Source of the DNA: Bdellovibrionales bacterium
GTDB taxonomy: Bacteria; Bdellovibrionota; Bdellovibrionia; Bdellovibrionales; UBA1609
Reading direction: 5' to 3'
DNA: 64,000 nucleotides
Assembly (NCBI GenBank): GCA_965219095.1
Contig: CBDCMT010000001.1
Location: 288,001 to 352,000 of the forward strand
In this document: positions 20,940 to 32,068 of the stretch, piece by piece
Numbering within the stretch: position 1 is the first letter of the stretch
Layout: every line of letters starts with the position of its first letter
The notes under the pieces: model-generated
Told to the model about the DNA's origin: nothing
Databases searched by the model: none
What the model saw: the letters and a program-made list of their open reading frames with translations, nothing else
Position numbers and translations under genes: made by a program

Positions 20940-21926
20940 TCAAGGGTTTCTTAAAAGATGGGGGTTGTTAAATAAAGTTTCCGTTACTCTTTCTATAGGA
21001 AGATTCTCTGTTTGAAAATCAGTTACAGGAAAATGTTTTAAAATCTCTTGAGAGACATCTCTTAATTTCTCTAAGGGAATTTGCAGACTCACTTGTTTTT
21101 TATCTTCACTCCACTTAGGTTTAAAAGAACTTAAAAACTCTAAGTTATGATTCACTATAGGTTCAGAAAAAAAGAACGTTAGAAGTTTTTCAGAACCTAG
21201 TATATTGACAAACTTGTCCATAGAATCATCAAAAAACTTACGTCCCTGCATGATAAGGACAATGCGAGGACAAAGAGCATCAATATCAGCCATGTAATGA
21301 GAAGTCAAAATGATAGTCGGCTTATGCTCCCTGTGATAGTCCCTTAAAAACTGCCTTACATTTTTTTGAGCAATTAAGTCCAAACCTATAGTAGGTTCAT
21401 CTAAAAAGATCATCTCAGGGTTATGAAGCAAACAGGACATAAGTTCAAACTTCATCCTCTCCCCTAAGGAAAGTTTTCTTACATTCACATGCAAAAAACT
21501 TTCAATTCTTAAAATATCACAAAAATAATCCACTCTTTTTTTAAACACAGGGTCTGGGATTTGATAGTACTTTTGAAACAACTTGAGAGACTCATAAGGA
21601 GGTAAATCCCAGAACATCTGAAACTTCTGTCCCATCACAAGAGAGATTTTTTGACGAAAATTGTTATGCCTCTCATAGGGAACAAAACCCAGAACCTCTA
21701 GATGCCCCGAAGAAGGCTGTACAATACCAGAGAACATTTTCATAAGAGTAGTCTTACCAGCACCGTTAGGCCCTAAAAAACCCACAAATTCACCAGATTC
21801 GATAGAAAGGTTAAAGCTTTCTACAGCCTTCTTTTCAAACCACTGACGGTTGAAGAAATTCTTTACAAGGCTGGGACTTTTTTTATAAACTTTAAAAGAT
21901 TTAGAAAGGCTACGGCATAAAATCAC
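20940..21926 (-). CDS. ABC transporter ATP-binding protein
   Basis: GPNGAGKTT, LSLGERMK, FLDEPTIGLD, TSH. Confidence 0.95.
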   Translation of the reverse strand: MILCRSLSKSFKVYKKSPSLVKNFFNRQWFEKKAVESFNLSIESGEFVGFLGPNGAGKTTLMKMFSGIVQPSSGHLEVLGFVPYERHNNFRQKISLVMGQKFQMFWDLPPYESLKLFQKYYQIPDPVFKKRVDYFCDILRIESFLHVNVRKLSLGERMKFELMSCLLHNPEMIFLDEPTIGLDLIAQKNVRQFLRDYHREHKPTIILTSHYMADIDALCPRIVLIMQGRKFFDDSMDKFVNILGSEKLLTFFFSEPIVNHNLEFLSSFKPKWSEDKKQVSLQIPLEKLRDVSQEILKHFPVTDFQTENLPIERVTETLFNNPHLLRNP

Positions 21927-21974
21927 TTTACCTATACTAGTCCAGAAACGCCCTCTCTGACAAGATATTTTCTC

Positions 21975-22004
21975 TTGACAAAGAGGATTTAGAATTTATA
22001 AACT
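21975..22004 (+). promoter_or_regulatory. Putative sigma70 promoter of thrS
   Basis: TTGACA-N18-TAAACT. Confidence 0.35.
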
Positions 22005-22054
22005 GACAAAACCATGTATAGGTTGTATAAGGTTCATATTCGTTCTTATTTTCT

Positions 22055-23989
22055 ATGTCTCAAGTAGAAATCATCCTACCTGACAATTCCTCTTTGTTTT
22101 TTGATACTGAGCCTACAGTTTTGGAAGTCGCTCAAAAACTAGGTCCTCGTTTAGCCCAAGATACAGTAGGAGCTCAAATCAACAATTTAACTGAGATCAT
22201 AGATCTAAGACAGAAATTAAAACACAAAACAAGGATAAAAATTATTACTTTAAAAAATGAGGAAAGTAATGAAGTGATCTGTCACTCAGCAGCTCATCTT
22301 ATGGCAGAAGCTGTGCAAGTCTTGTGGCCTTCTGTAAAAGCCACCATAGGACCTGTCATTGAAAACGGATTCTATTATGACTTTCACAGTCCTGAACATA
22401 AGTTCTCTCTTGGTGATTTAGAAACGATTGAAAAAAAAATGAAAGAGCTTATCAAAAAAAATGAATCCATTATAAGGAAAGATATGAGTAAAAAAGAAGC
22501 TCTTTTAACTTTTAAAAAATTAAAGGAAAATTTTAAAATAGAGATCATTGAACAGCTTCCAGAAGACACTATTAGTGTTTATTACCAGGGAGAGTGGTTT
22601 GACCTTTGTCGTGGTCCCCATCTTCAAAAAACAAGCCAAATAAAGGCTTTTAAACTTCTTTCTGTGGCAAGCTCTTATTGGAGAGGAGATGAAAAAAAAG
22701 AATCTTTACAGAGAATTTACGGCACAGCCTTTAAGGACAAAAACAGTCTAGAAACCTACCTTCACAATTTAGAAGAAGCTAAAAAAAGAGATCACAGAAA
22801 GCTGGGTCAAACCTTAGATCTTTTTTTCTTTAATGTCTTGTCCTCAGGCTCTCCCTTTTTCAAACCCAGAGGAGCTATTGTTTACAATGAACTTAAAAAC
22901 TACATCAAAAGCATGTACAGAAAGTATTCTTACCAAGAAGTCATAACCCCCCAAATCTTTCAAGAAGCTCTTTCTCATCAATCAGGTCACTATGAAAACT
23001 ACAAAGAAAACATGTACTTTATTAACAATAAGGAACAAAATCTCTTTCTTAAACCTATGAATTGCCCAGGGCATTGTTTGATCTATAAAAATGATAAGCA
23101 TTCTTATAAAGACCTACCCCTCCGCATAGCCGATTTTGGCCGTCTTCACCGTCATGAAAAAAGTGGGGTCATACAAGGACTCATGAGGGTCAAAAGTTTT
23201 TGCCAGGACGATGCTCATGTGTTCTGTCGCCTCGATCAACTACAAGAAGAAATTCGTTTATTTATGGAAATGTTAGGCGAAGTGTACAAAGCTTTAGGAA
23301 TGACCTCTTATAAAGTCCACCTTTCTACACGGCCTAAAAAACATATGGGAGATCTCGAACTTTGGTATAAATCTGAAGACATTTTAAAAAAAGGCCTCAA
23401 TGATCTGCAATTTCCTTATCAAGTGGATGAAGGCCAAGGAGCTTTTTATGGTCCTAAATTAGATATTGTTTTTGTAGATTCTTTGAAAAGACCTTGGCAG
23501 CTAGGAACTTTGCAATGTGACTTTAACCTCCCTAAAGCCTTCCATTTAGAATACATAGGAGAAGACAATAAAGCCCATAGACCTGTTATGCTACATAGAG
23601 CTATTTTAGGTTCTATGGAACGTTTTATGGGACTTTACATCGAACACACAGCAGGGCATTTTCCTCTATGGTTGTCTCCTTTGCAAGCTCTTTTTATGAA
23701 CATTTCTGAAAAGCAAAAACACTACACTCAGCAGATCACAAAACTTTTCTTTGAAGAAGGTTTAAGAGTGGAATACGATCTCAGAAATGAAAAACTAGGG
23801 TTTAAAATCAGAGAAGCTCAATTGAAAAAGATTCCCTACATGATCATTCTAGGCGGTGAAGAGCTTCAAAAAGAAACCTTATCAGTTCGTTCTAGTAGAG
23901 GAGAAGTCAACAAGAACTTAAAGCCAAAGGAATTTTTAAAAACTCTTAAAGAAGAAATTAAAACTAAACAACCATCATTTTTAAATTAA
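22055..23989 (+). CDS. thrS: Threonine-tRNA ligase
   Basis: HSAAHLMA, DLCRGPH, RDHRKLG, KPMNCPGH, QDDAH, FYGPKLD. Confidence 0.98.
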   Translation: MSQVEIILPDNSSLFFDTEPTVLEVAQKLGPRLAQDTVGAQINNLTEIIDLRQKLKHKTRIKIITLKNEESNEVICHSAAHLMAEAVQVLWPSVKATIGPVIENGFYYDFHSPEHKFSLGDLETIEKKMKELIKKNESIIRKDMSKKEALLTFKKLKENFKIEIIEQLPEDTISVYYQGEWFDLCRGPHLQKTSQIKAFKLLSVASSYWRGDEKKESLQRIYGTAFKDKNSLETYLHNLEEAKKRDHRKLGQTLDLFFFNVLSSGSPFFKPRGAIVYNELKNYIKSMYRKYSYQEVITPQIFQEALSHQSGHYENYKENMYFINNKEQNLFLKPMNCPGHCLIYKNDKHSYKDLPLRIADFGRLHRHEKSGVIQGLMRVKSFCQDDAHVFCRLDQLQEEIRLFMEMLGEVYKALGMTSYKVHLSTRPKKHMGDLELWYKSEDILKKGLNDLQFPYQVDEGQGAFYGPKLDIVFVDSLKRPWQLGTLQCDFNLPKAFHLEYIGEDNKAHRPVMLHRAILGSMERFMGLYIEHTAGHFPLWLSPLQALFMNISEKQKHYTQQITKLFFEEGLRVEYDLRNEKLGFKIREAQLKKIPYMIILGGEELQKETLSVRSSRGEVNKNLKPKEFLKTLKEEIKTKQPSFLN

Positions 23990-23999
23990 AGGAGGACAT

Positions 24000-24566
24000 A
24001 TCAGACATCGTAGTAAAAGAACAACTTTAAGAAAACCACGACAAGAAAAACATAAAACTAATCACAATATCAAAGCCCTTGAGGTGCGTTTGATTGATGA
24101 AACAGGAAAAATGGCAGGCATAATGTCTGCTTCACAAGCTTTAAATCGAGCTAAAGAGATAGGCTTAGATCTTATCGAAGTCGCACCTAACTCTCAGCCT
24201 CCTACGTGCAAAATCATGGATTATGGAAAATACAAATATGAACAAAAAAAGAAAGAAACTCAAGCTCGAAAAAAACAAACCATCATCCAAGTCAAAGAGA
24301 TTAGATTAAGATTACGTACTGATACTCACGACTTAAACTTCAAAGTTAAAAAAATGAAAGACTTTTTAAATGACGGATGCAAAGTTAAAACTACTTTACG
24401 TTTTTCAGGAAGAGAGTTGGCCCATAAGAACCAAGGCTTTGATACTTTAAAGCATATTGCTGAAAAACTTTCAGATATAAGTTTTGTAGAATCCCCTTCT
24501 AAAATAGAAGGACGGCAAATGTTTATGATATTATCCCCCGGACAACCTGCTCCTAAAAAAGGATAA
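24000..24566 (+). CDS. infC: Translation initiation factor IF-3 (probable ATC start)
   Basis: IF-3 motifs (PPTCKIMDYGKYKYE, FSGRE); frame is open back to ATC at 24000 behind AAGGAGG. Confidence 0.93.
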   Translation: MRHRSKRTTLRKPRQEKHKTNHNIKALEVRLIDETGKMAGIMSASQALNRAKEIGLDLIEVAPNSQPPTCKIMDYGKYKYEQKKKETQARKKQTIIQVKEIRLRLRTDTHDLNFKVKKMKDFLNDGCKVKTTLRFSGRELAHKNQGFDTLKHIAEKLSDISFVESPSKIEGRQMFMILSPGQPAPKKG

Positions 24567-24746
24567 AAAAATAGTTGCACTGATATAGTTACAGTTAGGT
24601 AACTTTTAGAGGTTTAGCTCAGTATTTTTGAAATATAAACTGTGATAGTTGTGACTTAATCATCGTAAGTCGGTTATCTGACCGCTCTATCTGAGCTTAA
24701 ATTTATACACTACAAATTTTACCTTTTTCATTTGAATATAAAGTTT

Positions 24747-25895
24747 GGCTCCTCCCGGGAATCTGTGGGTGAAAAGTAGCTAGAAATCCCCCAAAAAGGT
24801 CATATTAATCAAAGCAAGAGTAAGACATTCTATCTTGTATTTTTGAGTTCTTTGAGGCCCTTACTGGCCTCTATCACCTCCGGTGATTGAACTCAAAAAC
24901 ATTCATTTTATTTGCTTTTATTTGCTGTGTTACATTAAAATTTTAAAAAAGAAGCACCTACTTCCCAGATGCCTTAAAATGTTATTCAAAAAAAAAAAAA
25001 GGAGGGAAGAGATGCTTTTGAAGACTATACTAAATGATTGTTTAAGATGGAAGTCTTTTGTATACGGAGACATTTATTTTTCAAAAGATAGAAAGTCAAT
25101 TAATGTTCCTATTAAGGCTCGTAAAAATGGCCAAGCTTTTTGTAGTGTTTGTAAGAAGCCCTGTTCAGTGTATGACAGAAGTAAATCATCACGGGACTTT
25201 GAATCCCTTCCTATTTTAAGTTACAAGGTGTTTTTTGTTTATTTTGTAAGAAGAGTTAATTGTCCTTGCTGTGGAGTAAAAGTTGAGTATTTACCTTGGG
25301 CAGATGGGAAGAAAAACCTAACAATTTTTTACATGAAGTATTTAGCAGACCGGTGTCGTCACCTGTCTTGGAAAGAGGTTTCTTGTAAGTTTCAGGTCAG
25401 TTGGAATCAGGTCTATGCTTCGGTAGAATGGGTCGTAGAATATGGTTTAAAACAAAGGGTTTTAAAGGGAATACAAGCTATAGGAGTCGACGAGATACAA
25501 TGGAAAAAGAACCATCAGTATCTCACCTTAATCTATGAAATAAGCAAAGAAAGTGTTCGTTTGCTATGGATAGGAGAAAAAAGAACAGAAAAGAGTTTCA
25601 ACAAGTTTTTTGATTTACTAGGAGAGAAGTCAAAAGATATACAGTTTGTGTGTTCTGATATGTGGAAGCCCTATTTAAAAGTCATAAAGGAGAGGGCAAG
25701 TCAAGCTTTGAATATATTAGATCGGTTTCATATCGTAGCAAGACTCAATAAGGCTTTAGACGAAGTGAGAGCTTCAGAACACAAAAAAATGAAAGAAGAT
25801 GGGTATGAACCCCTTTTAACAAAAGCTAGATGGCCCTTGTTAAAAAATGCAGAAAATTTAAAATCTTATGAAAAAGTAAAATTAAGGCATTTAAT
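24747..25895 (+). mobile_element. ISL3-family element, 3'-truncated by IS481
   Basis: GGCTCCTCCC end; CSVC/CPCC zinc motifs, IGVDE, CSDMWKPY, DRFH. Confidence 0.92.
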
Positions 25896-26470
25896 TGTAA
25901 TAGACGTTATATGATCTGACAGTTACCCTTTCTGAGTTGATAAAAAACTGTCTGTCAGTTTTCGTTCTGTTCAATCATCTTTTCTAAAGCTTTCAAACGC
26001 TTTTTGAAAGTCTCTAAATTATTTCTTAGCCAGACCCCTCTAACTCCTGCAGGAGAAATAAAAATTCCTTTTTTCCTTAACTCATTGGACGCTCTCAACT
26101 GTCCATAGGCAGGAAGTTCTATAGCGATCCTTAAACAAGCCTCTTCTGTCGTTTGATCAACTCTGTTTTTTAAATTAGGCTTTCTACGACTTTGCTCTCT
26201 TAATGATTCTAAACCTCCTTCCTCTTTGAGTGTCTTGTAACGATAAAATGTATCTCTTGAAAAGCCCATCACCTTACAAGCTTGAGATACATTGCCTAAC
26301 TCTTCTGCTAATTGCAAAAGACCTACTTTTGATTTTATAATTCTTTCTTGATATGTCATTTTTGTTATCCTTTCTCCACCCTTTGGGGTGGTATTGTTTA
26401 TTTAAAAGGGTAACCTCTTTTCATCTCTTTGACATTTCGAGACGTGTCAGATTAAGTTGCGACTATTACA
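25896..26470 (-). mobile_element. IS481-family element, internally deleted (HTH part only, 25955-26359)
   Basis: TGT...ACA TIRs; LAEELGNVSQACKVMGFSRDTFYR. Confidence 0.9.
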
Positions 26471-26830
26471 ACTAGCAAAATCCGGACCTATCCTTCTCTC
26501 TGTTACCTTATTCATATAAAAACCTCTCTTAGGCTCCACAGCACAGAAAACATTTGCTGTACCCTCTCTTTTATACTCATAATCTACTTTTTTTACTTCC
26601 GAGGGACGACAACCCGATGGAGGACGAACATCATCAAGTAACTGAAGAGGCTTTTCATCAATACACACAACAGGCTTTCCTTTAATCGGAGGCTTCTCAT
26701 ACACTTTCAAAACATCCTCCATCCTCTCTATAAATTCATCATTAAGCTCCGGTACACACCAACTCTTCTGTTGCCAAGGTTTTAGATCATGTTCTAAAAG
26801 AATAATCCTAACTTTTTCTTTGCTAATAGA

Positions 26831-28522
26831 CCCAAATTCCACGCTAAAAATGATCACTACTGGTTTTCATTTCTCTGAGAAGTTTTTTGTCAATAGCCTT
26901 TATGATATTTTCTTGAATTTTGCTTAGAGCAACTGTTCGAGACATTTGAATTTTTTTCTTTTTATCAGAAAAATAAACTTTGTACAGGTTCTCTAGCTCT
27001 TTTAATGCTTGAATTGGCGAAATATCCAAATTGTAGAGATGCAACTTTAATACGGAAAGCAGAAGATAAGATAAATAACAAATAAAAACATGAGCCACTA
27101 CTCTGTTGCAAAGCCAGTGTCGCACAGGATTTAAATTTGTAACTCCTTTTAAAATTCTGAAAGCTCTTTCTACGACATCTTTATCAAAATAAAATTTGAC
27201 CATATCTTTACCAGAAATATTCTTTGTAGAAAATATACAGGAGTACCCATCAAATTCTTCTGCTTTTTTCAGTTCCCGATCCTTGATCTTTCCTGTGGGA
27301 GTTAGATATTTTTTCAGCCCCTCCTTAATGGACTTGTTTTGAGATAGACAGTTTTGAGCAGCAACTATCTCATCATATCTCGCCTCTCGAATTGCATCCT
27401 TTCTTTTATGGTTGTAGCAGATTGCCAGTTTTCCTTTAACTTGGCCAAATGTATAATTCATGCTTTTAACGTAAAAAGTATTCTTGTTCAAAATTACCCT
27501 ATTTGAAACGTTTACTATAGAACCGGACTTTAAAAAATTTCGTACTGTCTTCTTCTCAACCTCTCTCATAGGAATTCCGCACAATGTATTCCAACCCAAT
27601 TCCCCTATGTAAGAAAGGTTTTTAGACGATGCTATACCTCGATCATACACCAATAGGCCAGAACGAAGATTGTATTCTGAAAAACTATTAACAAGTGCCG
27701 TCAATGTCCTGCTATCGTGAATGTTACCCTTAAAGGTCTTGTGAAAAACAGGAATCCCTTCTTCTTGAGTTACAGCAAGACCTATCTGAATCAGAGGACT
27801 CTTCCTTTTCCCATCTTTGCTGTACCCTAGTTTACCTAGTTGACATTTACTCCCATAAAAATAAGTGTTAGTAACATCATAGACAATTTTATTAGATGAT
27901 AACTTGTATTCTTTTTTAACATTTTCAAAAATACGTTTCTGCAAAGATGGAGCTTTAGATTCGTTAAGCTGATCGAGAGCTGAAAAAAGCCTTCTTTCAG
28001 TCAGCCCATCTAAGTTTAAAATGCTGTTTAAATCTGTTCGTTCATACCATGATGGCATATTATTGACGCTTCTGTAATCCAAGCAATGAGCATAGACCAT
28101 ACTTAGTATTTCATCTGAATAATTGCCAAGAACTTCGGGAAGACCAACTTTCTTCGCAAGGGCATGAAGAACAATCAAGGGACCACTGATCTTAACTTTA
28201 TCGAATTGAATGTTCTCGGAAGATATAGAGATAACACGCTTATGATTCACCTCCTTTCCAAGATATCTCAAGTACTTCTGTACGACCTTGCCCTTGACCC
28301 GGACATTTTTCACCTCTGCTAAATAAGTGCTGCCTCCTCTTTTAATCTTCTTTATAAAACTCATAGTAGTTACCATTATGGTAACTACTTAAAAATAGAA
28401 TGGCAAGAGCTTTTCACAGAAAAAAAGGGCAATAAGCCCATTTTTACTGGAAAACTTCCATCTTATGGAACTTATCTTACTGTTAGAGCAATGTAGTGAT
28501 CATTTTTAGCGTGGAATTTGGG
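26831..28522 (-). mobile_element. IS1634-family element, intact
   Basis: 30-bp perfect TIR CCCAAATTCCACGCTAAAAATGATCACTAC; TAATAGA on both flanks. Confidence 0.93.
26844..28376 (-). CDS. IS1634-family transposase
   Basis: YDVTNTYFYG, GYSKDG, YDRG, VERAFRILK, PVRHW. Confidence 0.92.
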   Translation of the reverse strand: MVTTMSFIKKIKRGGSTYLAEVKNVRVKGKVVQKYLRYLGKEVNHKRVISISSENIQFDKVKISGPLIVLHALAKKVGLPEVLGNYSDEILSMVYAHCLDYRSVNNMPSWYERTDLNSILNLDGLTERRLFSALDQLNESKAPSLQKRIFENVKKEYKLSSNKIVYDVTNTYFYGSKCQLGKLGYSKDGKRKSPLIQIGLAVTQEEGIPVFHKTFKGNIHDSRTLTALVNSFSEYNLRSGLLVYDRGIASSKNLSYIGELGWNTLCGIPMREVEKKTVRNFLKSGSIVNVSNRVILNKNTFYVKSMNYTFGQVKGKLAICYNHKRKDAIREARYDEIVAAQNCLSQNKSIKEGLKKYLTPTGKIKDRELKKAEEFDGYSCIFSTKNISGKDMVKFYFDKDVVERAFRILKGVTNLNPVRHWLCNRVVAHVFICYLSYLLLSVLKLHLYNLDISPIQALKELENLYKVYFSDKKKKIQMSRTVALSKIQENIIKAIDKKLLREMKTSSDHF

Positions 28523-29269
28523 TAATAGAGTCTACAATCTTGTTTTTTTCTGCCCTCTCTTTAATGAGCTCTAAAGTCCATCGATCAAAGCCCTCCGGAG
28601 GATCTGAGCAGACCATAGCTATAATCTTTGACTTTATGCGATCATCAAACTTTGGAGGTTTTCCAGGACGAGGATCATCTTCAAGAGCTTTTTTCAGCCC
28701 AGAATTCTCATAGTTTTTTTGGATGTTGAAAACAGTTCTAGGAGTTATCTCTAAGTAATCTGCTGTCTCTACGGCAGTTAATCTTTTGTTCCTTAAGTTT
28801 AGAACATTGGCTCGATATATGGCTCTTGGATTTTTAGACTTCTTTATAATTTTAAGAATTTCTCTCTTATCTTTTGGCTTTAATAAATTTAACATATGAG
28901 TATTAAAACATAATAAAAAAAAATTAAATAAAATGACCTGGATTAAAGGCTTGAAAATTGTGAAAAAAATTACTGGTCAGAACACTAGCCATTATTCACT
29001 ATATTCCAAGCACTTTCCAGCTGTTTTCCAATGATTTTTAGCTTTTCCCAAGTTGATTGAATAAATCATCTCAAATAGCTCTCATTTCAATTTGAGAAAT
29101 TTTTGCTTTCTTCATTTAGAAATAACCATAATTCAGAGAATTTTTCAACAAAGCCCAATTTAAATCACAGGCTCACATAATTGAAACCACAGGGGCAACT
29201 AGACTTCACTGTCTTCTATCTACTCTGAAAATCCATAATGTTTCATTCAACAAAAGCCACAGCATGTTT

Positions 29270-29686
29270 TCAAGCTTGATCTAAAAATTCCTCAAATAAC
29301 TTATCCTGCAATTCAAACATTTTTTCAGTTTCTAATCTACCTCCCTCATGCTCATATCCTAATAAATGAAGTACGCCATGTAGCATAAGATATATAAATT
29401 CCTCTTTAAAAAGAAAACCATGTTCTAAGGCTTGTTTTGAAATGACATCAGGACAAAAAACAAGCTCTCCTAAAACACCCTTTTCATAAGATTCAAAACT
29501 CAACACATCAGTCAGCCTATCTTTTTTTCTATAAGTCTTATTTAAGGCTCTTATTTCCTTTTTGCTTACAAGTACAAAAACAATATTTTTTGAGATATCA
29601 AGGTTTTTAAAAAAATAAGTACAAGCTTTTTCTAAAAAAGGTTTACACTCTAAAGAACAATTTGTTTTATCAATCCACTCAATCAT
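29270..29686 (-). CDS. ybeY: rRNA maturation RNase YbeY
   Basis: LNKTYRKKD..TDVLSF and HGVLHLLGYEH. Confidence 0.95.
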   Translation of the reverse strand: MIEWIDKTNCSLECKPFLEKACTYFFKNLDISKNIVFVLVSKKEIRALNKTYRKKDRLTDVLSFESYEKGVLGELVFCPDVISKQALEHGFLFKEEFIYLMLHGVLHLLGYEHEGGRLETEKMFELQDKLFEEFLDQA

Positions 29687-31938
29687 GAGCTTTCAGGGTA
29701 CTCAATACGTTGATGATGGATGGAGAGAATTACTTGCTCAAAAGCTCTCTCAATAACAGAGAGATCTTTAAGAGTAAGATCACATTCATCAAGTTGATTA
29801 TCGAGGAATTTTTCTCTAATTACATCATGAACAATGTTTTGAAGTCTTATAGCTGTAGGTTCGTTCAAAGAGCGAGCTGCTGCTTCAATACTATCACCAA
29901 GCATAACTAGAGCAGCTTCTCTAAACTGAGGTTTAGGACCTGGATAACGAAAATCATCTTCAAAAATTTCTGACTTATCATTTTCTTCGCTCAAAGCTTT
30001 ATTATAAAAGAAAGAGATCAAAGTTGTTCCATGATGCTGTAAAATACCATCAATAATGGGTTCTCCTAGGTTGTGTTCAAGTGCCATCTCAGCACCGTCT
30101 TTAACATGAGCTATTAAAATAGTTCGGCTCATATGAGGGGATAATTCATTATGAGGATTATAAGAGGGTCTTTGGTTTTCAATAAAATACTCTGGATGAT
30201 GGGACTTACCAATATCGTGATAATAAGCCATAACTTTAGCTAAAAGAGGATTGCAACCAATTCTTTCTGCAGCTACTTCTACCATACTTCCCACTACAAT
30301 AGAGTGGTGATAAGTTCCAGGAGCACGGACGAACAGGTTTTGTAAAAGAGGGTGGCTAAGATTACTTAACTCAAGCAGTTTTATATCTGTAGTGTAATTA
30401 AAAATGCTTTCAAAAAGAGGAATGAACATCATAGCCAGAAAAGAAGCTGACACACCTCCTACAAACCCTGCTAAAGCTTGCCAAAAAAAATGATGCCAAA
30501 ACATATCTTGCTCCCAAGAAGTCCATGACAAAATCACAAAGACCATAAATACATTCACAAGTCCTACTCTTAAGCCTGTAAAATAAATATCACTTCTTTT
30601 CCTAGAAAAATAAACATAGCGACTTGCCACTAAGCCTCCCAAAAAAGCATAGAAGAAAAAGTACATTTGAAAATTAAAAAACATAGCATAGAGAAAAGAC
30701 AAAAAGAGAGTAAAAATCCAAATCAATTCTCCTGAAAGAATGAGAACCCCTAATACGAGGGATACAAATGTTAGAGGAGCTAAGTAAAAAAAGAACTCTA
30801 AGGTTAGAAATTCACGCTGTTGTAAAAACACTTCGCCAGCTAAAAGCCAAAAACTTTTCATAAAAATCACTGTTAAAAACACTAAAGTTGTCATAAGAAC
30901 AACGTCTCTTCTTGTATAGGAAATTTGTGTAAATCTCCTTATAAAAGAAAAGAAGCTGAGAAGAAAGGCTGTGATAAGAAGAGCTACCATAATACATAAA
31001 ACACCAAAATTTCTTTTTGACTTAATCTTTCTTATTTCGTTAAAAATGGCCAGATGGCTGGGTTGAACCACAGATCCACCTGTAACAATGGTCTGATTCT
31101 TTCGAATCGATATTTTCACATCAGGCACAGCCTCTCTAGCTTGCTTCTTTCTCACAACAGTTTCATTTTTATTAAACGTCACATTAGGTATAACAAGAAG
31201 TCTAGCTATAGCTAAAATATTGTTTTCAGCTTTCTTGGAAAAAAACTTCGTCTTTTTTGTCTTAACAAACCTTAATTCGCTAACATCTCTTTTTAAATCT
31301 AAAACATCAGATTTTGGTATACTTTTTTCTTTTAAAGAGACAATGTCTCTTAAAATTACCGTTTCAGTAAGAGAATTATCAAGAAGCAAGGCCTTATCTT
31401 GAATTTTTAATTCAGACCAACTCTCTAAGTGGGCAATGATAGCATTTTCAATATTTACGGAAAATTTGTTTTCTGCAAGCCACTCAAAGAGCCTCACTGG
31501 AATGTTTCTTGATAAAATTTTTGTAAAACTCTTCCTTTCTTTTAAAAAACTTTTTACCTTCTCAGCTCTTTTAGGAGCAGGTCCTTTCCAATTAACCTCA
31601 GAAACCTTTTTTCTAAAAAAACTAAAAGTTTTATAAATGGATTCATAGTTTTTTTCATAAGCTTGAGGATCATAATCAAAAACTAGAGGAGTGTTGCTCT
31701 CAGCCTCTAGTTTTTTTAACTCTGTGGAAACATCATCAGAAAACTGAAAAGAATAATTAGACTTAATCTCAGATTTTGTTACATCCCCAATCTTAATGGA
31801 AGGAAGAAGGTCAACTTCGTAAAGAATGATAAAGGCAATAAAAAGACTAAAGAGAAAACACAACACAACTTGACGCAAGCGAAAGATTTCATCAAGCCTT
31901 TTAAAAAAGTGGCCAAAAAAAGTTTTTTCAAAACCCAA
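29683..31938 (-). CDS. 7TM-HDIG phosphohydrolase (PgpH-like); frame is open up to 32052
   Basis: APGTYHHS, YHDIGK, HHGT, FRYPGPKPQ, DSIEAA; 7 TM block. Confidence 0.92.
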   Translation of the reverse strand: MGFEKTFFGHFFKRLDEIFRLRQVVLCFLFSLFIAFIILYEVDLLPSIKIGDVTKSEIKSNYSFQFSDDVSTELKKLEAESNTPLVFDYDPQAYEKNYESIYKTFSFFRKKVSEVNWKGPAPKRAEKVKSFLKERKSFTKILSRNIPVRLFEWLAENKFSVNIENAIIAHLESWSELKIQDKALLLDNSLTETVILRDIVSLKEKSIPKSDVLDLKRDVSELRFVKTKKTKFFSKKAENNILAIARLLVIPNVTFNKNETVVRKKQAREAVPDVKISIRKNQTIVTGGSVVQPSHLAIFNEIRKIKSKRNFGVLCIMVALLITAFLLSFFSFIRRFTQISYTRRDVVLMTTLVFLTVIFMKSFWLLAGEVFLQQREFLTLEFFFYLAPLTFVSLVLGVLILSGELIWIFTLFLSFLYAMFFNFQMYFFFYAFLGGLVASRYVYFSRKRSDIYFTGLRVGLVNVFMVFVILSWTSWEQDMFWHHFFWQALAGFVGGVSASFLAMMFIPLFESIFNYTTDIKLLELSNLSHPLLQNLFVRAPGTYHHSIVVGSMVEVAAERIGCNPLLAKVMAYYHDIGKSHHPEYFIENQRPSYNPHNELSPHMSRTILIAHVKDGAEMALEHNLGEPIIDGILQHHGTTLISFFYNKALSEENDKSEIFEDDFRYPGPKPQFREAALVMLGDSIEAAARSLNEPTAIRLQNIVHDVIREKFLDNQLDECDLTLKDLSVIERAFEQVILSIHHQRIEYPESS

Positions 31939-32068
31939 ACTATTAACCCAGTTTAAAAATCTATGTAAAAACTTCTGAGTGTAGGCTACATAATGAAAAC
32001 GGAAGCGAGGACCTTTAGAGTATGATGATTTATTTTTCTTAAGACGTTTGATAAATTACACCTCTTTA

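Larger units (their letters stand above)
26471..28987 (-). mobile_element. IS630-family element type B, interrupted by IS1634 and truncated by IS481
   Basis: Halves 28506-28895 and 26447-26857 rejoin as IVDSISKEKVR; RWTL, LKPW, CIDEKP, DYEYKREGT; CTAG end. Confidence 0.88.
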
